Shown piece after piece: positions 45,717 to 56,140 of a DNA stretch of 64,000 nucleotides. Positions within the stretch are counted from its first letter, which is position 1. Every line of letters begins with the position of its first letter. The notes under the pieces are model-generated. The model was not told the origin of the DNA and made no database searches. It saw nothing but the letters and a program-made list of their open reading frames with translations. This DNA is from an uncultured Gemmatimonadales bacterium. GTDB lineage: Bacteria > Gemmatimonadota > Gemmatimonadetes > Longimicrobiales > Gaopeijiaceae. Both the position numbers and the translations under genes were made by a program. Where the stretch lies: positions 256,001 to 320,000 of the forward strand of contig CAWGKG010000012.1 of the NCBI GenBank assembly GCA_963823035.1. The letters run 5' to 3'.

Positions 45717-46743
45717 TCATCCCAACGCTCCAAGCGTCTCCCAGCTCTGCGGTCGGCGCCCCTCCTCCACGTCGTGGACCAGCGCGACCAGCGCTACGCA
45801 CGAGCGGCGTCGCGACTCCGACCTCCGCGCCGAGGTCCGCGATCACGGCGATCTGCGCGTCTACCTCGGTCTTCCGCTTCCGCACGGCGAGGTCACGCCA
45901 CACGCCACTGTGGGACTTGGCGGAGTCACGGTTGAACGCCACGAGCCGATCGAGCGAGGCGCCCGCGTCGGCGGCCGGCGCGTCGGGGAAGAAGGCGGAC
46001 GGATCGAAGCCGTCGAACGGCTCCGGCCGAACGTCGCGCGCCATGGCCACGCGCATGACTTCCCGACCGAGCGCCACCAGGACGGGGCGGCGCTCCTTCG
46101 AGTCCAACACGTCGGCGATGGAGGCGTCCGTGAGCGCCGTCGCGAAGAGGAGCGCCCCGTACGCGAGCTTGGCCCAGAGATAGCCCCACACGTTGTCCGT
46201 GAGAACCGCGTTCGGCTCGAACTCGCGGAAGAGTGCGTGGAGTGCCACGATCCGGTCACTGCGCGCACCGTCCAGCTCACCGACCACGGTCGCGCCCCGG
46301 TTGCCCCGCTGGATCACGCCGGGCTCCACGACGTCCGCGCCGAAGTTCACGAAGCAGCCGACCGTTCGCTGCGGCCCGATGCGGTGCGCGATCACCCGCT
46401 CGTTGAGGCCGTTCTGGACCGACACCACGAACCCGTCGTCCGCGAGGAGGGGGGCCATCTGGTCGAGGGCGGCTTCCGTGTGGTGGGCCTTCACGGCCAA
46501 GAGGACGGTGCGCAGCGGGCCCTCCACCTCGGTCGGGAGCAGGGCGGGCGCGCGCACCTCGAAGGCGTCCACGGGACCGGTGATCTTCAGCCCTCGACGC
46601 GCGATGGCGCGCACGTGGGCCTCGTCGCTGTCGACGAAGAGGACGTCGTGACCGGCGCGGCGGAGGGCGGCGCCGATCGAGCCGCCCATGGCACCTGCGC
46701 CCCAGACGACGATCGGCTCGTGGAGGACATCCGGAGGATTCAT
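45717..46743 (-). CDS. Ketopantoate reductase family protein (indel near 45795)
   Basis: WGAGAMG, LAVK, QNG, WAKL and RKTEVD motifs. Confidence 0.85.
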
Positions 46744-48716
46744 GCGGGAAGGCTACGCCCCGGGATGGCGTCCGCCACGATCTCCACCACGTGGCGCACC
46801 TTCACCGGACGCTCCTCGTAGCCCTCCTGCGCCTTGAGCCCGTCCTCGAGCATGGCCATGCAGAACGGACACGACACGGCAAGCGTCGGCGCACCGGACT
46901 TCATCACCTCGGCCGCCCGCTCCCACGAGACGCGCGGCTCCTGCTCCTCGCGCCAGAAATTGCCGCCCCCCGCGCCGCAGCAGAACGAGTGCTCCCGGTT
47001 CCGCTCCAACTCCACCAGCTTCCCGCCGCCGGCCTGAACGAGCGCGCGCTGCTCTTCGTAGATCCCGTTGTAGCGGCCGTAGAAGCAGGAGTCGTGGTAC
47101 GCGACGGCGCCGATATCGACCTTCCCCGGCAGGCCGTGCCAGCGCACCAGGCGCGCGACCTCCTCCTCCACGCTCACGACCTGGAAGGGCAGCCCGTCCC
47201 AATCCTCGGGGACGAAGTCCTTGTAGTCCTTCCCGAACACCTGGTGGCAGTGCGGGTTGGTCACCATGAGGCGCTGGAAGCTCACGCTCCCGAACAACTC
47301 GAGGTTCGCCTGGGCGTTCATCTGGAACTGCAGCTCGTTGCCCATCCTCCGGTAGTTCTCGCCGCAGCAGGCCTCGGTGTCACCCAGGATCCTGTAGTCG
47401 ACGCCGAAGTGGTCGAGCACCTTGAGGGTCGCGCGTGTGGTCTCCACGGAGCGGTCGTCGTACAGCCCCCAGCACCCGACCCAGAAGAGGAGCTCGAACT
47501 CGTCACCGGGGGTGGCCACGGGCACGCCGTCGAGCCCCGCGACCGTCTCGGTCTTGCGGTGCTCGCCGTAGCCCCACGGGTCGCCGGAGCGCTCCATGTT
47601 CTGGAACACGCGCTGGTACTCGGGCTCGATGTCGCCGGCGTCCAGAACCTGGTAGCGGCGCATGTTCAGGAGCATCGACAGGTGGTCGATGTTCACCGGG
47701 CACGCCGCGACGCAGGCCATGCAGCTCGTGCATTGCCAGAGCGTCTCGGCGGCGATCACGTGGTCGATGAGCGGCTGCTTCTCGAGCGCCACACCCTCCA
47801 CGCTACCGCCCGACTCCGTGAAGCGCTCCCGCGCCACCTGCGCCTGCTTCCCGTGCGGCGTCTCCCCTTTCGCGTGGTACTTCAGGTCGACGATGAAGTC
47901 GCGAGGGCTGAGGAGCTTGCCCGTCGCGTACGCGGGACACGCGTCCTGGCACCGGCCGCACTCGATGCACGTCATCAGGTCGAGCCGATCCGTCCACGCC
48001 AGGTGCGCCAGCCGGTTGAGCCCGTACGCGTCGCCCCTGGACTCGTCGAGCTCGGCCTCGAGGTCCATGTAGTCCATCTTCTGCTCGTCCTCGAGTTGCT
48101 GGAGGACGGCGTTGACCGGACCGCCGAGGATGTGGAAATGCTTGGAGGTCGGTACGTACGCGAGGAAGGAGAACGCGACCGCGAGGTGGGCGTAGCCGAA
48201 GTACGTGCTGGCGGTCCCGGTGAGGTAGCGCTCGCCGAGGTGCGTCGCGGCGATCAGGCCGATCACCACGAGGACGATCGCCGACTCGGGGCTGTAGTAC
48301 GTCAGGGAAGACGGGCGGAAGACATAGCGCCGCACGCCGAGGAACACGATGCCCGCCAGGATCATGAAGGCGAAGACGTCGACCACGCCGGAGATCCATC
48401 CCAGGGGACCGAGGAGGAAGCCCTCCCCGCCCACCGCCAGGCGTACGAGGAGGTCCAGCGTGGAGATCACGAAGGCGAGGAAGCCCCAGAACACGAAGGC
48501 GTGCGCCCATCCGGCGGCCAGGCGCTCGCGCACGCGCGACTGACCGATCACTTCCGTGAAGAAGAGCCCGATGCGGCGGCCCACGTGGTCGGCGCGGCTC
48601 TCCGGCCTGCCCCTGCGCACGAACGCGACCTTGTCGGCCACCCGCCTGACGAAGAGGGCGATCGCGCCGAGCAGGTAGACGGCGACCACGATGCGAACGA
48701 TCTCTGGCGTATTCAT
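46740..48716 (-). CDS. Membrane-bound Fe-S oxidoreductase (FadF/HdrD-like, CCG domains)
   Basis: TM N-terminus, CIECGRCQDACP, CTSCMACVAACP, YHDSC, CCGAGG and CPFC motifs. Confidence 0.9.
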   Translation of the reverse strand: MNTPEIVRIVVAVYLLGAIALFVRRVADKVAFVRRGRPESRADHVGRRIGLFFTEVIGQSRVRERLAAGWAHAFVFWGFLAFVISTLDLLVRLAVGGEGFLLGPLGWISGVVDVFAFMILAGIVFLGVRRYVFRPSSLTYYSPESAIVLVVIGLIAATHLGERYLTGTASTYFGYAHLAVAFSFLAYVPTSKHFHILGGPVNAVLQQLEDEQKMDYMDLEAELDESRGDAYGLNRLAHLAWTDRLDLMTCIECGRCQDACPAYATGKLLSPRDFIVDLKYHAKGETPHGKQAQVARERFTESGGSVEGVALEKQPLIDHVIAAETLWQCTSCMACVAACPVNIDHLSMLLNMRRYQVLDAGDIEPEYQRVFQNMERSGDPWGYGEHRKTETVAGLDGVPVATPGDEFELLFWVGCWGLYDDRSVETTRATLKVLDHFGVDYRILGDTEACCGENYRRMGNELQFQMNAQANLELFGSVSFQRLMVTNPHCHQVFGKDYKDFVPEDWDGLPFQVVSVEEEVARLVRWHGLPGKVDIGAVAYHDSCFYGRYNGIYEEQRALVQAGGGKLVELERNREHSFCCGAGGGNFWREEQEPRVSWERAAEVMKSGAPTLAVSCPFCMAMLEDGLKAQEGYEERPVKVRHVVEIVADAIPGRSLPA

Positions 48717-48865
48717 GGGGCTACACTAGCCAAATCCCCACGCGATCGCACGGCTCGGCGACGGTGCTCCGCCCCTCGCCTGGCCCCGTCCCCAGGCCCC
48801 GGAACCGGGCCTGAGCCGGGGAGTAGGATCTTCCTCCGCGACCCACCCGCGAAACAGGAGGCCCC

Positions 48866-50333
48866 ATGGCGGAGTCTCGCCCCCGCACCGTCGGCGAGCT
48901 CAAGGCGTCGGGTTATCGGCCCCGCTCGGTCAAGCAGGAAATGCGCAGCAACCTGGTCTGCCGCCTCCAGGAGGGAGCGAAGCTCTTTCCGGGTGTGCAG
49001 GGATACGACGAGACCGTCATCCCGCAGATCGTCAACGCCGTGCTCGCCCAACACGACTTCATCCTCCTCGGGCTGCGCGGACAGGCGAAGAGCAGGATCC
49101 TGCGCCAGCTGGTCGAGCTGCTCGACCGGGAGACGCCGATCCTCGCCGGGAGCGAGGTGAACGACGATCCGCTGCGTCCGATCTCGAAGTTCGCCCGCCT
49201 GCTCCTCGCCGAGCAGGGCGACGACGCGCCCATCGAGTGGGTCGACCGCGAGCACCGCTACGTCGAGAAGCTCGCCACCCCGGACGTGACCATCGCTGAC
49301 ATGATCGGCGACGTCGATCCCGATCAAGGCGGCACGCGGCGGTCACATCCTCGCGGACGAGCTGACGATCCACTACGGGCTGCTACCCCGCGCGAACCGC
49401 GGCATCTTCGCGATCAACGAGCTGCCGGACCTCGCCGGCAAGATCCAGGTGGGCCTCTTCAACATCCTGCAGGAGGGTGACGTGCAGGTGAAGGGCTACC
49501 CGATCCGCCTGGCGCTGGACGTCATGATGGTGTTCACCGCCAACCCGGAGGACTACACGGCGCGCGGCAAGATCATCACGCCGCTCAAGGACCGCATCGG
49601 TGCCGAGATCCGGACGCACTATCCCGAGGTCGTGGAGATCGGGATGGACATCACCCGCCAGGAGGCGTGGGTGGAGCGCGACGGGCTCGGCGTGGAGGTG
49701 CCGGAGTTCGTCCAGGAGACGGTCGAGCTGATCGCCTTCCTGGCGCGCACGGACAAGCGCGTGGACCACCGCTCGGGCGTGAGCCAGCGCATGCCGATCA
49801 CGGTCATGGAGACGATCGTCTCGAATGCGGAGCGCAGGGCGCTCCGCAACGGCGAGGACCTCGTGGTGCCGCGGATCGCGGACATCTACCAGGCGCTCCC
49901 GGCCATCACCGGGAAGATGGAACTGGAGTACGAGGGTGAGCTGCACGGCCACGACCGGATCGCCCGCGAGCTGATCCAGGGTGCCGCGTCGCAGTGTTTC
50001 GCCGCGAGGGCGGGTGGGGCCGACGTGGACGACATCGTCGAGTATTTCGAGTCCGGCGGCGCGCTGCAGGTGGGGGAGGACGCCACCGCCGACGCTTCGG
50101 TGCGCGGGTTCAAGACGGTTCCGGGGCTCCTGGAGCTGATCGAGAATCTCGGCTTCGCGCCGCGGGAAGCGGGAGACGGCGTGCGTGCCGCCGCCTGCGA
50201 GCTTACTCTCGAGGCGCTGGTCGCACAGAAGCGGATCAGCCGCAGCTCGGCCGGCGGCTACACCCGCGCCCGCCACGAGGGCCCCCAGCAGGGGAAGGGC
50301 TTCAAGGGCTTCGACCCCGGTCTGAATATCTAG
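48866..50333 (+). CDS. Mg-chelatase ChlI-like AAA+ ATPase (frameshift near 49322)
   Basis: GLRGQAKS, EKLATPD, RANRGIFAINELPDL and ANPEDYT motifs. Confidence 0.85.
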
Positions 50334-50361
50334 CAGCCCCGACCACGGAGAGGGCACGTCG

Positions 50362-50925
50362 TTGAGCTCCGACCCGACACTCTCGCCCGAGCAACGCCGC
50401 GCGCTCGAGGAGGCGAGGGAGCGGGCGCGCAAGATCCTCGCGGCCGGCAAGGTCGCGGCGTTCAACGGCTGGACGATCGGGATCTTCGCGGCGCTGACGC
50501 TCCTCTTCGGGATCGGCAACGTGGTCGTCATGGGCCTCGCGGTCGGACTGGGCGTGGTCGCCTGGAACGAGTTCAAGGGACGCGCGGCGCTCCGCAGCCT
50601 CGAGCCTTCCGCCGGCCGCTTCCTGTGCAACAACCAGCTCGGGCTGATGGTGCTGATCGTGGCCTACGGCCTGTGGAGCATCTGGCGGGTGCAGGCGGGT
50701 CCGCCCGATCCCGAGATGGTGCAGCTCCAGGACCTCGTGGGCGTAGGCTCCGACCTGATCGGGCAGCTCACCGTGGTCCTCTACCTGGGCGTGATCGCGG
50801 CGACCGTGATCTTCCAGGGGCTCAACGCGCGCTACTACCTCAAGCGCACCGCGATGACCGAGGCCTATCTGGCGGAGACGCCGGCCTGGGTGGTGGACCT
50901 GCAGCGCGCGGCGGCGCTCGACTGA
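50362..50925 (+). CDS. Hypothetical membrane protein
   Basis: Four hydrophobic segments, host-like codon usage. Confidence 0.6.
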   Translation: MSSDPTLSPEQRRALEEARERARKILAAGKVAAFNGWTIGIFAALTLLFGIGNVVVMGLAVGLGVVAWNEFKGRAALRSLEPSAGRFLCNNQLGLMVLIVAYGLWSIWRVQAGPPDPEMVQLQDLVGVGSDLIGQLTVVLYLGVIAATVIFQGLNARYYLKRTAMTEAYLAETPAWVVDLQRAAALD

Positions 50926-51750
50926 TCAGCTCCCGGCTGCCTTGTGGGCGCGCCCGAGCAACCTGGGCTCGTCGACGCGATCCGTGAATCCCTCGAAGTC
51001 GGCGGTGGGCCCCTCCCAGCGCAGCGCGTCGACGCTCTCGAAGAGACGCGCGTCCGTGCGCAGCGTCGCCAGCTTCTTGAAGAGGAGGGCCCGCTCCCCG
51101 TCCTCGCCGAGCACAGAGGGCGGGAAGTCCTCGATCGGGCCGTGGCTGTTCAGCAGGCGGGCCGCGCCGACCGCGCCGATCCCGGAGATGCCCGGAAAGC
51201 CGTCCGCGGCGTCCCCCACGAGCGCCAGGTAGTCGGGGATGAGCGGCGGCGCCACCCCGAACTTCTCGCGTACCCCGTCCTCGTTCCGGATCTTGTTGCC
51301 GCGCCGGTCCATCTGGACCACGCGGTCCCCGCGGACGCATTGAGACAGGTCCTTGTCGGGCGTCCAGATGCAGACCTTCGTCACCGCCGGATCACCGTCG
51401 GCCAGGTGGGCGGCCGAGGCCAGACCGTCGTCCGCCTCCAGCTCCACCATCGGCCAGACGGCCACGCCCATCGCGGCGAGTCCGTCCTCGAGCGGATGGA
51501 ACTGCGCCTTCAGGGCAGGCTCGACCCCTTCGCCCGTCTTGTAGCCCCCCCAGAGGTCGTTGCGGAACGACTCGATCACGTGGTCCGTCGCCACCCCCAC
51601 GTGCGTCGCGCCGTCCTCCACGAGCTGCAGGACGGTGCGGAGCACGCCCACCACCGCGCCGAAGGGCGGGTCGCCACCCTTGGAGAACCGCCGCAGGCCG
51701 TAGAAGTGGCGGAACAGCTCGTAGGTGCCGTCCACGAGATGGACGATCAA
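50926..51750 (-). CDS. 5'-3' exonuclease / flap endonuclease
   Basis: LVDGTYELFR, EADD, DKDL and helix-hairpin GDAADGFPGISGIG motifs. Confidence 0.88.
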   Translation of the reverse strand: MIVHLVDGTYELFRHFYGLRRFSKGGDPPFGAVVGVLRTVLQLVEDGATHVGVATDHVIESFRNDLWGGYKTGEGVEPALKAQFHPLEDGLAAMGVAVWPMVELEADDGLASAAHLADGDPAVTKVCIWTPDKDLSQCVRGDRVVQMDRRGNKIRNEDGVREKFGVAPPLIPDYLALVGDAADGFPGISGIGAVGAARLLNSHGPIEDFPPSVLGEDGERALLFKKLATLRTDARLFESVDALRWEGPTADFEGFTDRVDEPRLLGRAHKAAGS

Positions 51751-51900
51751 GGCGCGGACCTCCCGGGCGGGTCGACTGGGGCTTCGTGCCCGGAACCTCG
51801 GAAAGGGACGGGCGTCGCGCCATGGCCCCGCCCGCGTGCCTTGCCGACGCCCCCTGCGCTCGCCAACGTGCGGCCTACGACCACGTCCGCTGCGATGGCG

Positions 51901-53007
51901 ATGAGTCACTCCGATCCCCTCCCCTTCGACGCCGCGCTCACCGCGTACGACGCGCAGGCGCGTGCGCTCCTCGTCGCCCTCCTGGCGGGTGATGCCCGCG
52001 CCGAGGAGCGCTTCAAGTGGGAGCACCCTCGCTTCCGCGACCGGCCGCTCTCCGAGGTGCGTGGATCTCCGCTCGGCCTGGAGGACGCCCGCGTCGTGGT
52101 GGCGCGTGACCATGCTTTCGACACCTGGGAGGACCTGGCGGCGTACGTGGCCGCCGCGTCCGAGGACGGACCGCTGCGTCGCTTCGAGCTCGCGGCGGAC
52201 GCCGTCGTGTCCGGGGACACCGGACTCCTGCGCTCAGCGCTGCGCGACGACCCGGACCTTGCCCACGCGCGCTCGACGCGGCGCCACCATGCCACGCTGT
52301 TGCACTACGTCGCGGCCAACGGTGTGGAGAACGTCCGCCAGAAGACGCCGCCCAACGCGGTGGAGGTGGCGATCGTCCTGCTCGACGCGGGAGCGGAGGT
52401 GGACGCGCTGGCGGATGCGTACGACTAGAAGTGCACGACCATGAGCCTGCTGGTGTCCAGCTCGCACCCGGCCGAGGCGGGCGTGCAGATCGCGCTGGCC
52501 GAGCTGCTCCTCGACCGTGGCGCGGCCCTCGAAGGACCCGGCTCGGCCTGGCAGTCCGCGCTGATGACGTCGCTCACGTTCGGCTTTCCGGACGTCGCGG
52601 AGGCGCTCGTCCGCCGCGGCGCGCCGCTCGACAACCTCCCGGTGGCCGCGGGGATGGGCCGGCTCGACGAGGCTTCGCGCCAGATGGAGGGCGCGGACGC
52701 CGCCGACCGGCACGCGGCCCTGGTGCTGGCGGCGATGCACGGGCACGCGGACGTCGTGCGCCTCCTTCTCGAGGCGGGCGAGCCTGCGGACCGGTACAAC
52801 CCCGCCACCCTGCATGCGCACGCGACACCTCTACACCAGGCGGTCGCGGCCGGCCACCTGGACGTCGTCCGCGTTCTGGTCGAGGGGGGCGCACGCCTGG
52901 ACATGTGTGACAGGATCTGGGAGGCGACGCCCCTCGACTGGGCCGTCCATCTGAAGCAGGCCGACGTCGCGGACTATCTGCGCACGAAGGGAGCGACGAC
53001 GACGTGA
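51901..53007 (+). CDS. Ankyrin-repeat protein interrupted by an in-frame TAG at 52426-52428
   Basis: TLLHYVAANG, LLDAGAEVD, TPLHQA and TPLDWA ankyrin motifs; both halves are in the same frame. Confidence 0.75.
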
Positions 53008-53023
53008 GGGCCGTGGCTAGCCG

Positions 53024-53285
53024 TCAACGCTCGTACGCTTTGCCGCGTGGGAGCACCCGCAGGACCAGGATCACGCCGTCGTCGTTGATGTAGGCGTACC
53101 GAATCCGGAGTTCGCCAATCCTCAGTCGCCATTCCGGCGGCTTGATATCCTTGAGCCGCTTGATGTCGCCCTCGTCACTCGCCGCGAGCTTGCCCAGCGC
53201 TGCGTAAGGCCTTTGCTTGGTCTTGCTTGTCGAGGCGCTTCAGATCCTTCTTGGCGCGGTTCGAGACGACGAGCTTCCAGCTCAG
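53024..53285 (-). CDS. RelE/ParE-family toxin (CTG start, +1 indel near 53215)
   Basis: SWKLVVSNRAKKDLKRLDK...GDIKRLKDIKPPEWRLRIGELRIRY...LRVLPRGKAY; the start overlaps the antitoxin stop. Confidence 0.8.
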
Positions 53286-53536
53286 AGCTCCAACTCCTCC
53301 TTGACCTCGTCCAGCGTCTGTACCCGTCCGGCCTTGTAGTCTTCCCAGGCCTCGCAGACGCCAGCCTCTTCTTCCTCGGTCACCGGCTCATCGTCGAAGG
53401 GGGCGTTCATGAGCTTTCGGATAAACGGATCGCCATGCTCAGCCAGGTATTCCAGGTAGCGCTCCGCGGCGTGGATCTCCTCATCGGGGATCCGGTCTAC
53501 GAGCCGGTAGAGTCTCTCTTTGGCCTTGGCTTCCAT
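53282..53536 (-). CDS. Putative antitoxin
   Basis: KERLYRLVDRIPDEE...DDEPVTEEE...YKAGRVQTLDEVKEEL; small acidic protein directly upstream of the RelE-like gene. Confidence 0.75.
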   Translation of the reverse strand: MEAKAKERLYRLVDRIPDEEIHAAERYLEYLAEHGDPFIRKLMNAPFDDEPVTEEEEAGVCEAWEDYKAGRVQTLDEVKEELEL

Positions 53537-53729
53537 CGCGGTCCGTCCCGCCGTGGTAATCGACACCAGTAAGCTACTTCTGTTCTACCCGTGCAGCACA
53601 CATGTGGGTTCGTGGGCGGAACCTGGACCGCCGGTTCGGGGAGGAGTCGTTCCAACCCCGTACGGCGAAGCCGGAGGCCGGGGGAGGACCCGCCGCTCTA
53701 GCGGGGACCTCGCCGCCCCAGGTGCAGGC

Positions 53730-53795
53730 GTCTTCTTGGGTGAACTGCCCCGTAGTCGGATCGTAGTACCGGATCCTGCGATACGATAGGCCGGT
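53730..53795 (-). pseudogene. RHS-core remnant 1
   Basis: Translates TGLSYRRIRYYDPTTGQFTQED, the RHS repeat-associated core motif; absent from the ORF track. Confidence 0.75.
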
Positions 53796-53844
53796 CCGGA
53801 TCGCAGCAGTATCGGGAGCCGTTCGCGACGACTCGGCTCGGAGT

Positions 53845-55089
53845 TCAGGGTCCGAGCACGGCTGGGGACGTCACGACCACGCCGTCATTTCTTGTGTAGG
53901 TTGGAGAGTCCGGGATGACCACCAAGAGCGCCATACACCGCTCGGCGGCCTCGCCGGAAACACGGTCGCGGAGAGTGAGAAGGGCGTTGGCGGCGGAATC
54001 GACCCATCGAGCGCCGAGCTTGACTTCAACCGCGATCCAGCGTCCATCGTCACGTTCGATGATTGCGTCCGCCTCCAGCCCGGTGTTGTCTCGATAGTAC
54101 CGCACCTGGGCTCTCGACGGTGCCGCATAGACTCGAAGATCCCGGACGACGAGGGACTCGAACAGGAAGCCCATCCATTCGATCTCATCGGAGAGCAACC
54201 GGTCCGGAGTCGCTCCGAGGGCCGCCACGGCGAGCGACGGGTCCGCGAGGTGGCGCTTGGGCGTTCCGACCAGGCGCGACCTGGATCGGAGCCTTACGCT
54301 CCACGGCTCCTGATCCGCGATCAGAAACAGGCGCCGGAGCGCGCCCAGGTAGTTCTTGAGCGACGACTCAGGGATAGGATCGTCGGACAACCTGGCAATG
54401 GTCCGCAGTGACGCGTCTGACGCGACATTGCGACCGTAGGATCGAAGGAGCCGGCGCAGGGCATCCGGGTCTCGCCGGACGCCCTCGACCCGCTCGACGT
54501 CCACGTTGACGAGCACATCGATGTAATCACGATTCGCCTCGATCGCGTCCTCCACGCTTAATCCGATGTTGTCCGGCCACCCGCCCTGGCAGATCCAGTC
54601 GGCCACCTCGGTCACGGTCGCCCTCTCGGCCGCCTTCGGCGGTTCCGTCCCCTCGAGTAGGGCCCCGACGGAAACGGCTCCGTTGGCATGGCCCAACTCA
54701 AAGAGCGACATGGTTCCCATGGACGTCTGGGCGATGCGGCGAGCCCCGGAGTGAAGGCGGATGTGATCGGCCGGACTCGCCGAGCCCGTGAGGATGTACA
54801 TCCCTTTGCCACCCTCGTCATCGACACGCCCTCGCACCGCCTCGTAGATCCCTTCCACGAGTTGGTACTCGTCGATAAGACGCGGGCGCTCCCCCTCGAG
54901 GATCAGAGCCGGATCCACTTCTGCGGCGGTGCGTGCAGCCCGGTCCCGGTCCAGTCGAACCTCGGATGCGCAGAGGAGGCGCGCCGTCGTGGTCTTGCCA
55001 ACGGCCTTGGGCCCGGTGACGAGGACGGCGCCATTTCGCCGAAGCTGAGCTTCGAGCGTGGCTTCGATCACACGTGATCGATAGGACAT
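53845..55089 (-). CDS. AAA_14 ATPase + DUF4143 (PD-(D/E)xK-like) protein, paralog 1
   Basis: GPKAVGKTT, LIDEYQ, ILTGS, GGWP, KRHLADPSL, FESLV and EADAII...AVEVK motifs. Confidence 0.9.
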   Translation of the reverse strand: MSYRSRVIEATLEAQLRRNGAVLVTGPKAVGKTTTARLLCASEVRLDRDRAARTAAEVDPALILEGERPRLIDEYQLVEGIYEAVRGRVDDEGGKGMYILTGSASPADHIRLHSGARRIAQTSMGTMSLFELGHANGAVSVGALLEGTEPPKAAERATVTEVADWICQGGWPDNIGLSVEDAIEANRDYIDVLVNVDVERVEGVRRDPDALRRLLRSYGRNVASDASLRTIARLSDDPIPESSLKNYLGALRRLFLIADQEPWSVRLRSRSRLVGTPKRHLADPSLAVAALGATPDRLLSDEIEWMGFLFESLVVRDLRVYAAPSRAQVRYYRDNTGLEADAIIERDDGRWIAVEVKLGARWVDSAANALLTLRDRVSGEAAERCMALLVVIPDSPTYTRNDGVVVTSPAVLGP

Positions 55090-55154
55090 GAGCGGTGGCG
55101 AGGCCAGGACGAAGGAGATCCGGCACGACGAGCCGGAAGGCAACCCATCTGCTA

Positions 55155-55223
55155 GCGATGTCCGGATTCTAACGGTCGCGATGGCCACATTGCAACGCTT
55201 GCGATGACCAGGACGCATCAACT
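55155..55223. repeat. Three imperfect direct repeats with 23-bp period overlapping a sigma70-like promoter of ATPase paralog 1
   Basis: GCGATGTCCG at 55155, GCGATGGCCA at 55178, GCGATGACCA at 55201; minus strand TTGCAA-N18-TAGAAT at 55195-55166. Confidence 0.65.
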
Positions 55224-55293
55224 TCCCGGTCCGACCCCAAGGCGCGGAGCGGAGTTGAAGCCCTCCTCCAGGCGTCGATGGGCGAGGCGCTCG

Positions 55294-55662
55294 TGTTAGC
55301 GGCGGCTGCAAATGTCCCACTTCTGGCGGGCGAAAACGTCTCACTCGGCACCGGTAACCGGGCCCGGGCGCGCCGAGCCTTGAGGTAGGCGATCCCGGGC
55401 CGATCAGCAGATACCTTGGGCCTCGCCCAACGCCTTGGAGGAGGCCTTGATCGGATGGGAGAGCCGCGGGCTGTTCAGACAAGGCATCATCGACGCCCGG
55501 TTGGAGGCCTACCCCAAGCTCTCGTCGGTGCGGCTCCTGGAGGAGATCCGGGCCGCCAGCCACGACGGGGGCTATACCCAACTCGTGAAGTCCGTCCGGG
55601 GCGTGCCGCCCTGAACGCCGGAGGACCGGTGATCCGGTTCGAAACCGCCCCGGGGCCGCAGG
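55294..55662 (+). mobile_element. IS21-family remnant (left end plus a fragment of istA)
   Basis: TGTTAGCGGCGG end with repeated GGCGG..AAA.GTC.CACT boxes; translated GIIDARLEAYPKLSSVRLLEEIRAA..GGYTQL..VIRFETAPG matches the IstA N-terminus. Confidence 0.75.
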
Positions 55663-55686
55663 TCGGAAGGTGTTGCAGGAACCGCT

Positions 55687-55787
55687 GAGCCCGACCGGAT
55701 CCGAGCAGTTGAGATATCGGGTCCCCGTTCGCGTAGCCGTAGAGATTCAGCCCCCCGGCGATGCCAATGGGGTCTTCCTGGGTGAAA
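55687..55787 (-). pseudogene. RHS-core remnant 2 (toxin tip lost at the IS21 junction)
   Basis: FTQEDPIGIAGGLNLYGYANGDP..N.SDPVGL with one indel. Confidence 0.8.
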
Positions 55788-55894
55788 CGTCTCTTCGTCG
55801 ATCATACGACGAGCAGAGACCGCCAAGGAAGCCCCTGACGGTCTCATTCTCAAGCACGAGGCCAGGAGGTGCGCCAGGTCCGGGTGGGCCAGCC

Positions 55895-56128
55895 TTACGA
55901 CAAGATGCTCACCACGGCCAGGACGAACGCAGTCCCTAAGCAAATCCGAGCCACGTTGTGGTAGCGCCGACCCTCCACTACATAGTCGCTCGGGTCGAAA
56001 CGCCTAGTGCCTCTCTCGATTCCGGCCCGCTTGGCTTCGCCCCGAGGTGACAAACGCTTCAACGAAAGGACCTGGAATATCATCCCAACAACGCCCAGGC
56101 CAATAGCGATCATCAATCCGATGTTCAC
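55895..56128 (-). CDS. Putative immunity protein (two TM helices)
   Basis: GAGGAGG RBS, 77 aa, starts 13 bp after the RHS tip stop, AT-richer codons. Confidence 0.55.
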   Translation of the reverse strand: MNIGLMIAIGLGVVGMIFQVLSLKRLSPRGEAKRAGIERGTRRFDPSDYVVEGRRYHNVARICLGTAFVLAVVSILS

Positions 56129-56140
56129 GAGCCCCTCCTC

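Noticed and set aside
48866..50333. Photosynthetic Mg-chelatase (bchI)
   Set aside because: No bch or puf genes nearby; the motifs fit the widespread non-photosynthetic ChlI-like/VWA-associated family.
55155..55223. Periodic repeats considered as a mini-CRISPR
   Set aside because: Units are contiguous at 23 bp with no spacers, are degenerate, and no cas genes are present.
55630..55662. GGTTCGAAACC resembling a tRNA T-loop or att site
   Set aside because: No cloverleaf; it encodes IRFETAPG of the IS21 IstA fragment.
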